From: a virus
IMG/VR virus record: IMGVR_UViG_3300036406_001149
DNA length: 64,000 nt
Strand: one strand, 5' to 3'
Shown: positions 30,364 through 39,958 of the stretch, one piece after another
How the letters are laid out: the number at the start of each line of letters is the position of its first letter
Position numbering within the stretch: position 1 is the first letter of the stretch
The notes under the pieces: model-generated
Told to the model about the DNA's origin: nothing
Databases searched by the model: none
The model's input: the letters and a program-made list of their open reading frames with translations, nothing else
Position numbers and translations under genes: made by a program

Positions 30364-30673
30364 TTTTCTTTCTCTTTTTTCTTAATGGTTGACTATTCTT
30401 TTTATTAGCTTCTTTTCTTTCTTCTGGGGTTGCTGTATTCCACCAAGTCTTTTTAAGGTCTGTTCTCCCCTTAACGTATTTGAATAGCACAGTAAGCTGA
30501 CCAATAATCAAAATTGTAGCTTCTAAGCCTCTACTAGTTTCTTGGATCAAGTCTTCTTTTTGAGTATTGCTATCTAATAGTCCTATTAAATATAAGCCAC
30601 TAAATAAGAAACTCACTAATGTAAACCAAAATTCACTAGTTCTATAACCGGGTTTAACCATTTTAGTCTCCAA
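30335..30673 (-). CDS. Holin-like two-TM protein
   Basis: KPGYRTSEFW start, two TM helices, strongly basic C-terminus. Confidence 0.55.
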   Translation of the reverse strand: METKMVKPGYRTSEFWFTLVSFLFSGLYLIGLLDSNTQKEDLIQETSRGLEATILIIGQLTVLFKYVKGRTDLKKTWWNTATPEERKEANKKNSQPLRKKRKKNANPKPVSK

Positions 30674-30715
30674 TTAAAGATAAAATTAGACCAGAATATA
30701 ATACACCAATTAGTA

Positions 30716-31336
30716 TTATGCGTTTTGATCAACAAATCCGAAACAAACTGTGCAATAGTTTTCACTAACAGTATAATTGAAAGTCACAGTGGTTACAGTT
30801 CCATCTATTCGAATTATATTGTATCCTTCTTCTCCAGTAAACTGAGAATATTGAGTAGCATTTACTGGATTTTGATATGTTGTAAGTGTTTCCCATATTG
30901 GAGTAAATGGTGCTGATACTTGTACAGGAACTGGAGTACCTCCCTGTCCAACGCTAGCAAATGCGACTAATGCATTATTAACGGGTTGACTGAAAGTTGC
31001 AGTAAAGATACCTGCTTGAGTATTTTTAATTTGAGTTCCACTAAGTGGTACTCCGTAAGCTTCGGGAAAGGTTGTGCCACCAACCATGCCAGTATGAGCA
31101 TCCATACCTCCACCAGTTTGTGTGATTGAGATCGTGATATTGTTCTGACCAATTCCAGAAGCAGTACTGGAAGTAACAGAACCTATATTCATCCACTGAA
31201 ACCCAGAACTACCAAAACCTGTTTTTTCAAAAACTAAATTATTTCCTAAAAATGCTTTAGAAATATCTATATTCCCTAATTTAATAGAAGTTATATTAGA
31301 GTCACTTAAAAATATATCACTGTTTACTGTTGGCAT
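30716..31336 (-). CDS. Virion-associated/tail-accessory-like protein
   Basis: N-terminal SIKLGNIDISKAFLGNNLVF motif typical of tail-fibre accessory proteins; Gly/Thr/Ser-rich beta domain. Confidence 0.45.
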   Translation of the reverse strand: MPTVNSDIFLSDSNITSIKLGNIDISKAFLGNNLVFEKTGFGSSGFQWMNIGSVTSSTASGIGQNNITISITQTGGGMDAHTGMVGGTTFPEAYGVPLSGTQIKNTQAGIFTATFSQPVNNALVAFASVGQGGTPVPVQVSAPFTPIWETLTTYQNPVNATQYSQFTGEEGYNIIRIDGTVTTVTFNYTVSENYCTVCFGFVDQNA

Positions 31337-31344
31337 ACAAACTT

Positions 31345-31605
31345 TTAACCCCTAATGATATATAAGGTATTAGCGTCTTTTGTAGCGAGATTGTCGTAGT
31401 TGCTTTGAGAAATGCTAATCATGTTTGTGATACGAACAGAATTACTAACTAAACTAGTGTTACTTTGAACTAAACCAGAATGAAGAACAGATACTGAGAC
31501 CTTTTTTGTCAAAGCAGATCCTGATGGGTCATCCATAATTAAAAATATATCATCGCTAGTTAAACCACTAGCTGCTGGAAATTCATTAATACGTTGTATA
31601 CTCAT
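31345..31605 (-). CDS. Small tail-fibre-associated protein
   Basis: QRINEFPAASG..DDIFLIMDD..TKKV N-terminus and SQSNYDNL..KDANTLYII C-terminus. Confidence 0.5.
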   Translation of the reverse strand: MSIQRINEFPAASGLTSDDIFLIMDDPSGSALTKKVSVSVLHSGLVQSNTSLVSNSVRITNMISISQSNYDNLATKDANTLYIIRG

Positions 31606-31818
31606 TTAACCACCTATTACTGTTTGGTCGCCAACTAATTGAACAAAAATACCATTATAGAATCTATTATCGTATTTATCTTCAATATCACTAATCGTTG
31701 GAGTATTTTTAACATATGTGTCTATTGTGGAATACTCTCCGGCAACTGTTGTTGTAACAACTGTTGTTCCGTTTTTTATCTGATTACCACTAATTGCTTT
31801 ATTTATATCGTTTGCCAT
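31606..31818 (-). CDS. Hypothetical protein
   Basis: ORF abutting its neighbours. Confidence 0.55.
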   Translation of the reverse strand: MANDINKAISGNQIKNGTTVVTTTVAGEYSTIDTYVKNTPTISDIEDKYDNRFYNGIFVQLVGDQTVIGG

Positions 31819-31827
31819 AAAATTAAA

Positions 31828-32145
31828 TTACCTTTCTATTCTATCTTCTAGTGCTTCTAAAGTTTTGCCTAACATAGCAATTTGAACCTTTAATTCGTTC
31901 ATAACTTCTGTATTTCTTTGTAAAGCAGCAGCGAAAGCTGCTTGACTTTCTTTTCCACTATTTAATCTTTCCATAATAAATTGTCTATCATGAACATATG
32001 GAGACTGTGTTTCTATCATCGCTAATACTTCCGACTTGCTTGCCATATTACGTCCTATAGCTACCCAAAAACCCATCATGGTTACTACTATACCAATACT
32101 TGTTGTAGCAATGTTTTCCCAAAAATGTATAATGGTTTCTTGCAT
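31828..32145 (-). CDS. Hypothetical TM plus coiled-coil protein
   Basis: N-terminal hydrophobic segment, heptad C-terminus. Confidence 0.55.
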   Translation of the reverse strand: MQETIIHFWENIATTSIGIVVTMMGFWVAIGRNMASKSEVLAMIETQSPYVHDRQFIMERLNSGKESQAAFAAALQRNTEVMNELKVQIAMLGKTLEALEDRIER

Positions 32146-32162
32146 ATTATGTCTCCGTAAAA

Positions 32163-32200
32163 TTAAAAGCCAAAGACACTGTTCAGCATCCTTGGCTTCT
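32163..32200 (-). terminator. Rho-independent terminator
   Basis: Minus strand AAGCCAAGGAT-loop-GTCTTTGGCTT followed by TTAATTTT, just after the 32234 stop. Confidence 0.7.
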
Positions 32201-32233
32201 AATCATATCTATGAAAAGTTAGTTTTAACGATA

Positions 32234-32779
32234 TCAACCGGTTTTGGCTTTATAGTCATTATTACTAACAGGAACTGGATTGCCTAACTTGTATGTTAGT
32301 TGACCAGGGGCTGATCTTGTTGGGTTTGCTGCTGTATCCTCTGATAAAGAATCATTAGATACTTGAGGATATTCAGCATCCCATGCTCCGGTAAATCTAT
32401 TGTACTTGTTAGCTCTAATACCACTTGATGTTTTGGTTGTTCTAAGAGCTTCAATTTTATGAATACTTCTTAGTAAACCTGGAACATTTGCTCCACTACG
32501 AAGAGCATTATTAGTAACACCAGATAAAGTAGTTGTTAATCTTGGGGCTACTGGGCTAGAATTATTGTAAGCAAACACACCGGCTGAAACTGCTTCGTTA
32601 GCCCAAGCATTATCAACTGGAGTAGAAGCAAAAACTCCAACATTGGAAGCTCCTAGTGCTCTAGTCTCTAATACTGTAGATGTGTTGCCAACATTTAATC
32701 CAGTACCACCATTATTTTTGGTAGATGAAGATGTGGTAGAAGAACCATTTTGTTGGATTGAGGCCATTGTATTCTCCAT
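32234..32779 (-). CDS. Hypothetical structural-like protein (Ser/Thr/Asn/Gly-rich)
   Basis: ORF composition; GGGGTAT motif upstream. Confidence 0.55.
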   Translation of the reverse strand: MENTMASIQQNGSSTTSSSTKNNGGTGLNVGNTSTVLETRALGASNVGVFASTPVDNAWANEAVSAGVFAYNNSSPVAPRLTTTLSGVTNNALRSGANVPGLLRSIHKIEALRTTKTSSGIRANKYNRFTGAWDAEYPQVSNDSLSEDTAANPTRSAPGQLTYKLGNPVPVSNNDYKAKTG

Positions 32780-32826
32780 TGAAAATAGGGTTAATAGACA
32801 ATAATGTATACCCCAAAATTTATGTT

Positions 32827-33495
32827 TTAAGTATTAGTTTGTAATTTTTTGCTAATTTTTTCTAAAGTATATATATTATTCGTTTTATATGCATATATTT
32901 TTTTATTAGATAACAAAGTGTCTACATGAGAATCTGTCCAAGCGTTACCATTAACTACTATCTTAATGTTGTCAATTTTTTGATTAATCATGACAGACGC
33001 TAGGATATTATCGGCTAAATTATCTAATAAATGATTAGAAGATGGATAAATAGTATCAATTTTGTGTCCAACCAAAATTTGACATATTTTATATAACAAT
33101 TCTAGAGTAAATACCCTATATTCTAGAACATATCTAAGCTCTATATTATTTTCAGAACAAATACTTTTATGAGTATTAATATCTTCTCTAAATTTATCGT
33201 ACTTTCTATTACACAGAAGGTGGGCTGGCGTCACAAGCTCTATTATTTCTGCTCCATTTTTTATTGCTAATTCAACAGAACTTTGTCTTGATTTAAGATC
33301 AGACACACCAAACGGATAATCTATAATAGTAGAAAGTTTGGCCGAATTCTTTGTTATGTGATTTTTAATACCTTTGAGATAGTACGGAAAGACAGAAATA
33401 ACACTAGGATTATATATGAGTGCTTTTTCTATAGTTTGTTTAGTTTCTAGTTCATTACTAGCTATATCATAGTAACCATACTCAATATGGTGCAT
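32827..33495 (-). CDS. DeoC (deoxyribose-phosphate aldolase)-fold protein, catalytically degenerate
   Basis: TIIDYPFG, AIKNGAEIIELV, LRYVLEY match the DeoC pattern; FIKTSTG is replaced by TIYPSSN. Confidence 0.75.
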   Translation of the reverse strand: MHHIEYGYYDIASNELETKQTIEKALIYNPSVISVFPYYLKGIKNHITKNSAKLSTIIDYPFGVSDLKSRQSSVELAIKNGAEIIELVTPAHLLCNRKYDKFREDINTHKSICSENNIELRYVLEYRVFTLELLYKICQILVGHKIDTIYPSSNHLLDNLADNILASVMINQKIDNIKIVVNGNAWTDSHVDTLLSNKKIYAYKTNNIYTLEKISKKLQTNT

Positions 33496-33497
33496 AA

Positions 33498-34175
33498 TTA
33501 TTTTTTCTTAAAAGACTTGATGCTGTCTATAGTTGGAAATCTTTTACTTCCTAATACACCATCGGCAAAACCATATGATACCGCATCTTCCGAGTTTAAA
33601 ATCCAATCATGTCTACTAGCCAATTGAGACACAATATGTTTTTTTGCCATCATTTTTTTCCAATTTTTGTTTTTAGCCATATCGCTATTCATGCATCTAT
33701 CAGTAAAAATATCTATCATTTTATCAGATTCTTTTTCGCTCCATTGAACATTACTTAGTACTGCTTTGTGTTCGTTGTCTACACTCAATGATCCATAATG
33801 AATTAGTACGTGAGTATTTGGCATCAGAATTCTTAAGTCTGCTGCTTGTAATAGAACGCTACTTGCTGACTCTACTTTTGCATATGCTAAAATTGCTATT
33901 TTGGACTTGGAGTGTTTAATAGTATCATACATTCCTAAACAATCCTCCCATACTCCTCCCGGCAAATGCATATGCACTAGAATAGGATCGTTAGATATTA
34001 AATTGAAATACCTGATATTTTTTTCGAAAGTAACAGCTGATCTATAATCTACTCCTGTCTCTTCTTCTGAGTCTGTACTACTATGTAGATATAATTCTCT
34101 ATTTTTTATGTCGATACCTAAATAATGTATGTCGTGCAGATCGTTGTCTGATAGAGGGTGCCTTGGTTCAACCAT
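33498..34175 (-). CDS. ClpP-like serine protease
   Basis: RELYLHS, MHLPGG, VESASSVLL (Ser), LIHYG (His), HDWILNSEDAVSYGFAD (Asp). Confidence 0.85.
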   Translation of the reverse strand: MVEPRHPLSDNDLHDIHYLGIDIKNRELYLHSSTDSEEETGVDYRSAVTFEKNIRYFNLISNDPILVHMHLPGGVWEDCLGMYDTIKHSKSKIAILAYAKVESASSVLLQAADLRILMPNTHVLIHYGSLSVDNEHKAVLSNVQWSEKESDKMIDIFTDRCMNSDMAKNKNWKKMMAKKHIVSQLASRHDWILNSEDAVSYGFADGVLGSKRFPTIDSIKSFKKK

Positions 34176-34177
34176 TA

Positions 34178-34612
34178 TTATAGTCCGTTGTTAGTAATTT
34201 GTTGTTCGATATTTTTCATAACGTTAATGTCTTTGAAAGCTTTACCTATACCAATTCTAAAACGATATCTAGTAAAAATATCTAATGTTTCAACTCCGTC
34301 TGCTTCTTCAATTAGAACTGCTAAAGAAGGAGAAATATTAAAATTAGTATGTCCAACCCAAAAATTAAATATACTACTACTTGCAGTATACTCATTATAC
34401 GGAACAATACCCATGGGGGTGTAAACCACTCTGACTGGTTTACTTACACTACCAACGCTCTCGTCTGTTTCATGGTCTTCTAAATCGTCTTCGTCGTGAT
34501 AAAAGTTATCAGATATATCGTTATCAATATCTATTTCATTTTCATCGTATCCTAAAAACGGATCTCTCCATTTTTCCCATATAATTAAATTATTTTTTTG
34601 GTGGTGTTCCAT
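34178..34612 (-). CDS. Hypothetical conserved phage protein
   Basis: WEKWRDPF, FNFWVGHTNFNI, TRYRFRIGIGKAF. Confidence 0.65.
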   Translation of the reverse strand: MEHHQKNNLIIWEKWRDPFLGYDENEIDIDNDISDNFYHDEDDLEDHETDESVGSVSKPVRVVYTPMGIVPYNEYTASSSIFNFWVGHTNFNISPSLAVLIEEADGVETLDIFTRYRFRIGIGKAFKDINVMKNIEQQITNNGL

Positions 34613-35042
34613 GATATTTTAGTTTTTCTTCCATAATACCAAATACGGATGATGGGGATATTAATGGATATGTTGTGTCTATAGTATTGTGCATCTTGAT
34701 AAAGTTTTTCCAAAAAAAAGCAACATTATTACAAAATAAATTATGTTGATCAGATATGTCCTGATTTTTTTCTAAAGCAGTCAATACTAATGACATAAAT
34801 TGCTGAGGATTGCTGTGTAATTTATATAAACAGTAGGCCAATTTTTCTGCTTGTTTATAATTGTTTTCTTCTGTAATATTATATTCTGCTATATTAGAAA
34901 CGCAACTAATATTATTTTGTGTTAAATCAAATATAAGCTTTAATGACGTTTCATCAATGTGATTATCGTCCTGTACTGCTTGTTTTTTCTTGTGAAAAGC
35001 AAATAGGTTTCGTAAATATAAATAAATATTCTTAATATGCAT
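34590..35042 (-). CDS. Hypothetical protein
   Basis: ORF in operon. Confidence 0.55.
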   Translation of the reverse strand: MHIKNIYLYLRNLFAFHKKKQAVQDDNHIDETSLKLIFDLTQNNISCVSNIAEYNITEENNYKQAEKLAYCLYKLHSNPQQFMSLVLTALEKNQDISDQHNLFCNNVAFFWKNFIKMHNTIDTTYPLISPSSVFGIMEEKLKYHGTPPKK

Positions 35043-35406
35043 AAATAGCTTTGCGTAAAATTGTACTAGTTTTTAGTAACTCTGTCGCATCATGCCAATG
35101 GCTGTTTTTTAATACAGATTTATACGGGATACTACAACTATAAAATAGCAATAAATATTTTTCTTGACTATCTGTTTGTATTAAGTCTATATCTATGAAT
35201 CTTGGCTTGTTCCAATTTGGGTCCAGAGACACATATTGCTTAAACATATTTCTAACCAAATCATCTATTAATAGAGTATTATTATTGATATCTATTTTAT
35301 TAAGATCCAAGACAGGTAATTGTAGCTCCTCAGAATCTGTTGAAAGTATCAAAAAATTATTAGATGGATCGATAGAATGAATAATCAAATGTAAATTATT
35401 TTGCAT
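35032..35406 (-). CDS. Hypothetical protein
   Basis: ORF in operon. Confidence 0.55.
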   Translation of the reverse strand: MQNNLHLIIHSIDPSNNFLILSTDSEELQLPVLDLNKIDINNNTLLIDDLVRNMFKQYVSLDPNWNKPRFIDIDLIQTDSQEKYLLLFYSCSIPYKSVLKNSHWHDATELLKTSTILRKAIYAY

Positions 35407-35974
35407 GTTCTCTTATCGTATTGAGGCTCTTATTTAGGTTTTGTCTAATAGCTTCTCTGGTGACTCCGTATGTTCTTCCTATTTCTGCTAATGTTTTGTT
35501 ATCATAGTAGTACTGTTTAATAATATCTCTTTGTTTATCTGTGATCGGAGACATATCCAATAACTGGCTCATATCATGTTTTAGATTAGTATAGTATTCT
35601 TTTTCTTCGATTTCTTTTTGTGTTGGATCAGAGTATATGACCTGATCGCTGTTATAAGTAGATAAATATTTATCAATTTGATCTTGATATTTTTTATTGC
35701 TCTTATACTGTTTTGTTGCGTACGTTTTAATCGCCCATATAGCGCACTGATTTCTATATGAATATATCGTTTTCTTCATACCTGTGCTTTTACCAACTCT
35801 ATTTTCGTCCCATTTCCAATCTGCTATCATGATAGCCTCTGCTATTTCAGATATAACTTCATCGTTATTGAGCATTTCCTTAACCAAAGATGGATACATT
35901 TTCCCAGCAAATTTAGAAATAGTTTTTTTAGCTAGGTTAATATATGTGTCCAATGTGTCGTAAGTCTTTTCCAT
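35396..35974 (-). CDS. Phage-encoded sigma70-family factor
   Basis: Region-4 HTH: KQRDIIKQYYYDNKTLAEIGRTYGVTREAIRQNL; region-2-like AIMIADWKWD..YSYRNQCAIWAI. Confidence 0.8.
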   Translation of the reverse strand: MEKTYDTLDTYINLAKKTISKFAGKMYPSLVKEMLNNDEVISEIAEAIMIADWKWDENRVGKSTGMKKTIYSYRNQCAIWAIKTYATKQYKSNKKYQDQIDKYLSTYNSDQVIYSDPTQKEIEEKEYYTNLKHDMSQLLDMSPITDKQRDIIKQYYYDNKTLAEIGRTYGVTREAIRQNLNKSLNTIREHAK

Positions 35975-36024
35975 AAATAAATAATCCTTAAAATAAAAAG
36001 TGTCTTTGAATCAAACTATTAAGA

Positions 36025-36609
36025 TTACTCTGTCAATTTTTTCCACTGTTCCGGGTCTGGCCTATCTTTGTCTCCTCGTTTAGCTGGACGATAATTTTTC
36101 CCTTCTTTCTTTTTTTTCTTTCTGATATTATCCCAGAGGCCCGGCTTTTTTGCTACTGTAGTATCGGCAGCCTGAGACACATACATGACAAAATCGTGAA
36201 TAGTACGCATGTAATCTTCCGTTATGGCGATTTTACCTTGTAACCAGCTTTCTGTCAAGTTCTCTGCTACTTTTGGATTTTCAAGACTGTTCAATATTTC
36301 TGTGGCATGGGTTGCTATGGCTCTTAACGAACCTAAACTCATTTCATAAAAATCTTTTTTGTATTCCATCATCTCTTGTTCAATAGATTCCAATTCTATG
36401 TCTTCAATATTGCGAAAATCACCATCATCTGACTTAGTTTTTTTTAAGTTTTGCAATTTTTGTTTTACTGCATAAATCTCTAGTAATTCTTTCATATCGT
36501 CAAGAGATAGCAGATCTATTCTATCTGGACTTGTGTTTTCACAATTTTTAGAATATTCTGATGATAGAAAGTTATTTATATTGTTAAGAATGGCGTTTAT
36601 ACGATCCAT
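36025..36609 (-). CDS. Hypothetical protein with basic KPGLWDNIRKK tail
   Basis: ORF; Lys/Arg-rich C-terminal module. Confidence 0.6.
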   Translation of the reverse strand: MDRINAILNNINNFLSSEYSKNCENTSPDRIDLLSLDDMKELLEIYAVKQKLQNLKKTKSDDGDFRNIEDIELESIEQEMMEYKKDFYEMSLGSLRAIATHATEILNSLENPKVAENLTESWLQGKIAITEDYMRTIHDFVMYVSQAADTTVAKKPGLWDNIRKKKKKEGKNYRPAKRGDKDRPDPEQWKKLTE

Positions 36610-36612
36610 GAT

Positions 36613-37197
36613 TTATACCTGTATACTGAGGAAGTTGTCTAGGCCCATTTGTTCAATTAACTTTAGATAGCCTTCATATAGCACTATACCATCTTCACTA
36701 CCTTGTAGTAGTGGTATCATAATATTAGCTGTCATCTCATCACCAACTGATCTAGCTGCGACTATAGTAGCCCTTTCAGCAGCGGATGCTTCTTGAACCG
36801 AAGCTAGATTATATCTAATCATAGCAAGCATATCATGTCTGCTCCAAGCTGGAGGCTGAACTACTAATGGTTGATAGTCAGCATCAAAAAATTCTAGTCT
36901 TAATAGATTAATCATAGCGTGTTTATGTTCTTCTAGAGCGTCTGCTTTTATGACCGCTGCTAGTTTAGAATAGCCCCATCTCTCTAGATGTACAGCCTGT
37001 GCTGAAAGAACTGTTGTTTGCTGCCAGTGAATATTTAGCGATTTCTTAAGAAGTTCAACAACTTGGTCATTAGTATAATTTTTAGCTTCTTCATCAGATA
37101 TCATGTCCTGATGGTCCGGTTCTTCTGCCACAATATTTTCCTTTTCTGCGATGTTTTGAGATTGTTCGCTTAATAATTCTTCTATATTTTTATTCAT
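36613..37197 (-). CDS. Bacterioferritin-like protein with degenerate ferroxidase centre
   Basis: HLERWGYSKLA..EEHKH..RLEFFD aligns to Bfr helices A/B; four-helix pattern. Confidence 0.8.
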   Translation of the reverse strand: MNKNIEELLSEQSQNIAEKENIVAEEPDHQDMISDEEAKNYTNDQVVELLKKSLNIHWQQTTVLSAQAVHLERWGYSKLAAVIKADALEEHKHAMINLLRLEFFDADYQPLVVQPPAWSRHDMLAMIRYNLASVQEASAAERATIVAARSVGDEMTANIMIPLLQGSEDGIVLYEGYLKLIEQMGLDNFLSIQV

Positions 37198-37243
37198 AAT
37201 TAAAGATCCATTTTCTTGTTAATATATTACCCTGAATACTATT

Positions 37244-37771
37244 TCACCAAGCTTTGCAACTCCAAAATCTGGCTTTCCACTTTGGACCAGGATTATCGCA
37301 ATTATGTCTAGCTCTGAAACTTTTCCTTCTTGATGGAATATGCTTCTTAATTTTCATATCTGGATCACCAAAGTTAACTTTAACAACATTACCTTTATCA
37401 TTTTTTACATAGACTGAGAATTTTTTGGGACCATCTGGCGTACGAAATGGTTTATTTAAAGTTACTTTTCTATTGTTTTTTTCTGCGGCTACCAAAATAT
37501 CATTATCGTCATATTGTAGAATCTCATTAACTTCAACATCCCAAACAAATTCGTCCCATTCATCGTCCCATGTATAATTAGTGGCTAATAATATATTATC
37601 TTGTATTTGATCTAATAAGGGATGACTGGTATCATAGCCTTTGGATTGGCCTAAACAAATAGCTACTCTCTGTTTGGAATCAGGGTATTCTTTCTTCATG
37701 GTTTCATTGCCCATACATCGGGCAACAAACTTTTGCTTGTCTTCGTTTTCTTTAGGATTGGGTATGGGCAT
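37244..37771 (-). CDS. Hypothetical protein with conserved phage C-terminal domain
   Basis: MPIPNPKENEDKQKFVARCM module and KKFSVYV..VNFGDP..RRKSFRARHNC..ARFWSC domain. Confidence 0.65.
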   Translation of the reverse strand: MPIPNPKENEDKQKFVARCMGNETMKKEYPDSKQRVAICLGQSKGYDTSHPLLDQIQDNILLATNYTWDDEWDEFVWDVEVNEILQYDDNDILVAAEKNNRKVTLNKPFRTPDGPKKFSVYVKNDKGNVVKVNFGDPDMKIKKHIPSRRKSFRARHNCDNPGPKWKARFWSCKAW

Positions 37772-37782
37772 AGTATTTCTCC

Positions 37783-38895
37783 TTATGTTTTATAGATACA
37801 CCTTATCATATCTTTGGCTACTTTATTCCAAGATAAATTTTGAGCCGTTTTTAATCCAGCTGCATTTGTTCGAATCTTGTTCTTATAAACATATCTCATA
37901 TATTCAATAGCTTGGTCTTTTTCTTTTTCTCCAATTTTTGCCCAATTACCCGTTCCATGAAACCATTTTCCGTCATAAGCCTTTTCTAGTTCTGTAATAT
38001 CTATCAAAAAAGCATTATCTTTATTACAAAATTCTGTATGGGCACTATAGTTTGTTGTGATAATTGGTTTATTTAGAGCCATCATCTCTAACAAATCTAG
38101 ATTCCATCCTTCTCCCCTAGACATAAAAATTCCACAATCTGCATTAGATGCAATTTTTGCTAAATCCAGTTGTGTAGGTAATCTTGGTATAATACGTATC
38201 TTATCTTTTAATTTAGAAGAACTATAATAACTGTGCCATTCTTCCAATTCTTTAGAAGTAAAGCAGGATTTATCTGATGAACCTGCTATCCATAGCTGGA
38301 CATTATCTGTTTTGTCAAAAGCACTATCAAATAATTCTAATAAAACATCATGTCCTTTTCTAATTTCCCATTTACCAATATTCATAAAAATAAATGGATC
38401 AGAATCTTCTTTTTCTGTACAGAAGTTGTAATCAAAAATATCTGTATCTACTCCTAGATTTACTATTTCAATAGGTCTATCAATGCCATTTGATAACAAA
38501 ATATCTTTAGCCCATTGACAAGATACTATGAGTTTATCAGGTATGGATAGGTGTTGTTTTTCTAGCGTGCTTAGAGTATCTAATTCAAAAAATGGATAAG
38601 CTATATATTCGCCTGTTCCAATACGTTCTAATAAATCAAACTGATGCCAGATTTTTAGACATTTAGATTCTTTATTAATGGGTTTATGTAATATTTTTTG
38701 TAGAATTTCTTTATCTGTTGGGCGATAAAACTCCACATTTTGTAAACCTGCTATATCACTTTTTTGAGCAAGTATAGGGTATAGTGCTATGTCTACATCA
38801 TTCGTGTAAAGATACTTAGAAAAATGCCATCCAGCATTACCGTATCCTGTAAAAAATACAGGACAATGCATAATCAATTGTTCTTTGTTGTTCAT
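37783..38895 (-). CDS. GT4-family glycosyltransferase
   Basis: GKWEIRKGHDVL, SRGEGWNLDLLEMMAL. Confidence 0.88.
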   Translation of the reverse strand: MNNKEQLIMHCPVFFTGYGNAGWHFSKYLYTNDVDIALYPILAQKSDIAGLQNVEFYRPTDKEILQKILHKPINKESKCLKIWHQFDLLERIGTGEYIAYPFFELDTLSTLEKQHLSIPDKLIVSCQWAKDILLSNGIDRPIEIVNLGVDTDIFDYNFCTEKEDSDPFIFMNIGKWEIRKGHDVLLELFDSAFDKTDNVQLWIAGSSDKSCFTSKELEEWHSYYSSSKLKDKIRIIPRLPTQLDLAKIASNADCGIFMSRGEGWNLDLLEMMALNKPIITTNYSAHTEFCNKDNAFLIDITELEKAYDGKWFHGTGNWAKIGEKEKDQAIEYMRYVYKNKIRTNAAGLKTAQNLSWNKVAKDMIRCIYKT

Positions 38896-38899
38896 ATAA

Positions 38900-39952
38900 T
38901 TATTTATATAGAGTATTGTGAGTATTGTTAACTAAAATAAACGTTGTTTTTTTACCAAAATCTTTAATTTTGTTTGCTCCAATATATGTACAAGAACTAC
39001 GTAATCCTCCGCAAATATCTTGTATAACATCTTTAGCAAACCCTTTATAGTCTACTGTTACACACTTGCCTTCTGCTGTTCTATAGTCTGCTACCCCATT
39101 ATGGTGTTTGTTCATAGCATTAACGCTACTCATACCATAGTATTTGAGAGTAATTTTATTTCCAAGTTCATAAGTCCATTCTCCTTCGCACTCGTCACAT
39201 CCAGCAAACATGCTTCCTAGCATGACAAAATCAGCATTACCCCCAAAAGCTTTACATATGTCTCCGACCACCTTGCATCCTCCGTCGCTACAAATATGTC
39301 CTCCTAAGCCGTGGGCCGCGTCCGAACATTCCATCACAGCACTTAATTGTGGGTATCCCACGCCAGTTTTTAAACGAGTGGTACATACACTGCCTGAGCC
39401 TATACCGACCTTGACTATATCTACGCCTCCATGGATAATAAGTTCTTCAGTCATTTCTGGAGTAACAACATTTCCAGCCATAATAATAGCATCAGGAAAT
39501 AGAGACCTAAGCTGGCGAGCTGTCTTTACAAATTGTTCAGTATATCCATTCGCTACATCTAAACAAATATTGGGATATGGTGTTGTATTCTGAATTCTAG
39601 AGAATACTGATATACTTTTTTGTATGTCTTTATCACTTGTTCCAACAGAGTAAAATACTAGATCCTTATTAAGAAACTCTTCTTTAAAAAAATCTACATA
39701 CTGTTGTTCAGAATAGTGTTTATGTAGACATGTTATTGCTCCTTCTTTCGCTAGAGCTTTAGCCATTTCAAATGTCCCCACAGTATCCATATTGGCGACC
39801 ATAATGGGTATCACTGTTAGTTTCCTATTAGAATATTTAAATTTAAATTCTCTTCTAATATTAACTTCTGATCTACTGTTTAATGCTGATCTTTTGGGTC
39901 TAATTAATACGTCGTCAAAATCTAATTTAGTATCATTAATAATTTTTTGCAT
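38900..39952 (-). CDS. guaC: GMP reductase
   Basis: KLDFDDVLIRPKRS, LDVANGY, GIGSGSVCTTR, SDGGC, YRTAEGK; no CBS insert. Confidence 0.92.
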   Translation of the reverse strand: MQKIINDTKLDFDDVLIRPKRSALNSRSEVNIRREFKFKYSNRKLTVIPIMVANMDTVGTFEMAKALAKEGAITCLHKHYSEQQYVDFFKEEFLNKDLVFYSVGTSDKDIQKSISVFSRIQNTTPYPNICLDVANGYTEQFVKTARQLRSLFPDAIIMAGNVVTPEMTEELIIHGGVDIVKVGIGSGSVCTTRLKTGVGYPQLSAVMECSDAAHGLGGHICSDGGCKVVGDICKAFGGNADFVMLGSMFAGCDECEGEWTYELGNKITLKYYGMSSVNAMNKHHNGVADYRTAEGKCVTVDYKGFAKDVIQDICGGLRSSCTYIGANKIKDFGKKTTFILVNNTHNTLYK

Positions 39953-39958
39953 AACTTA

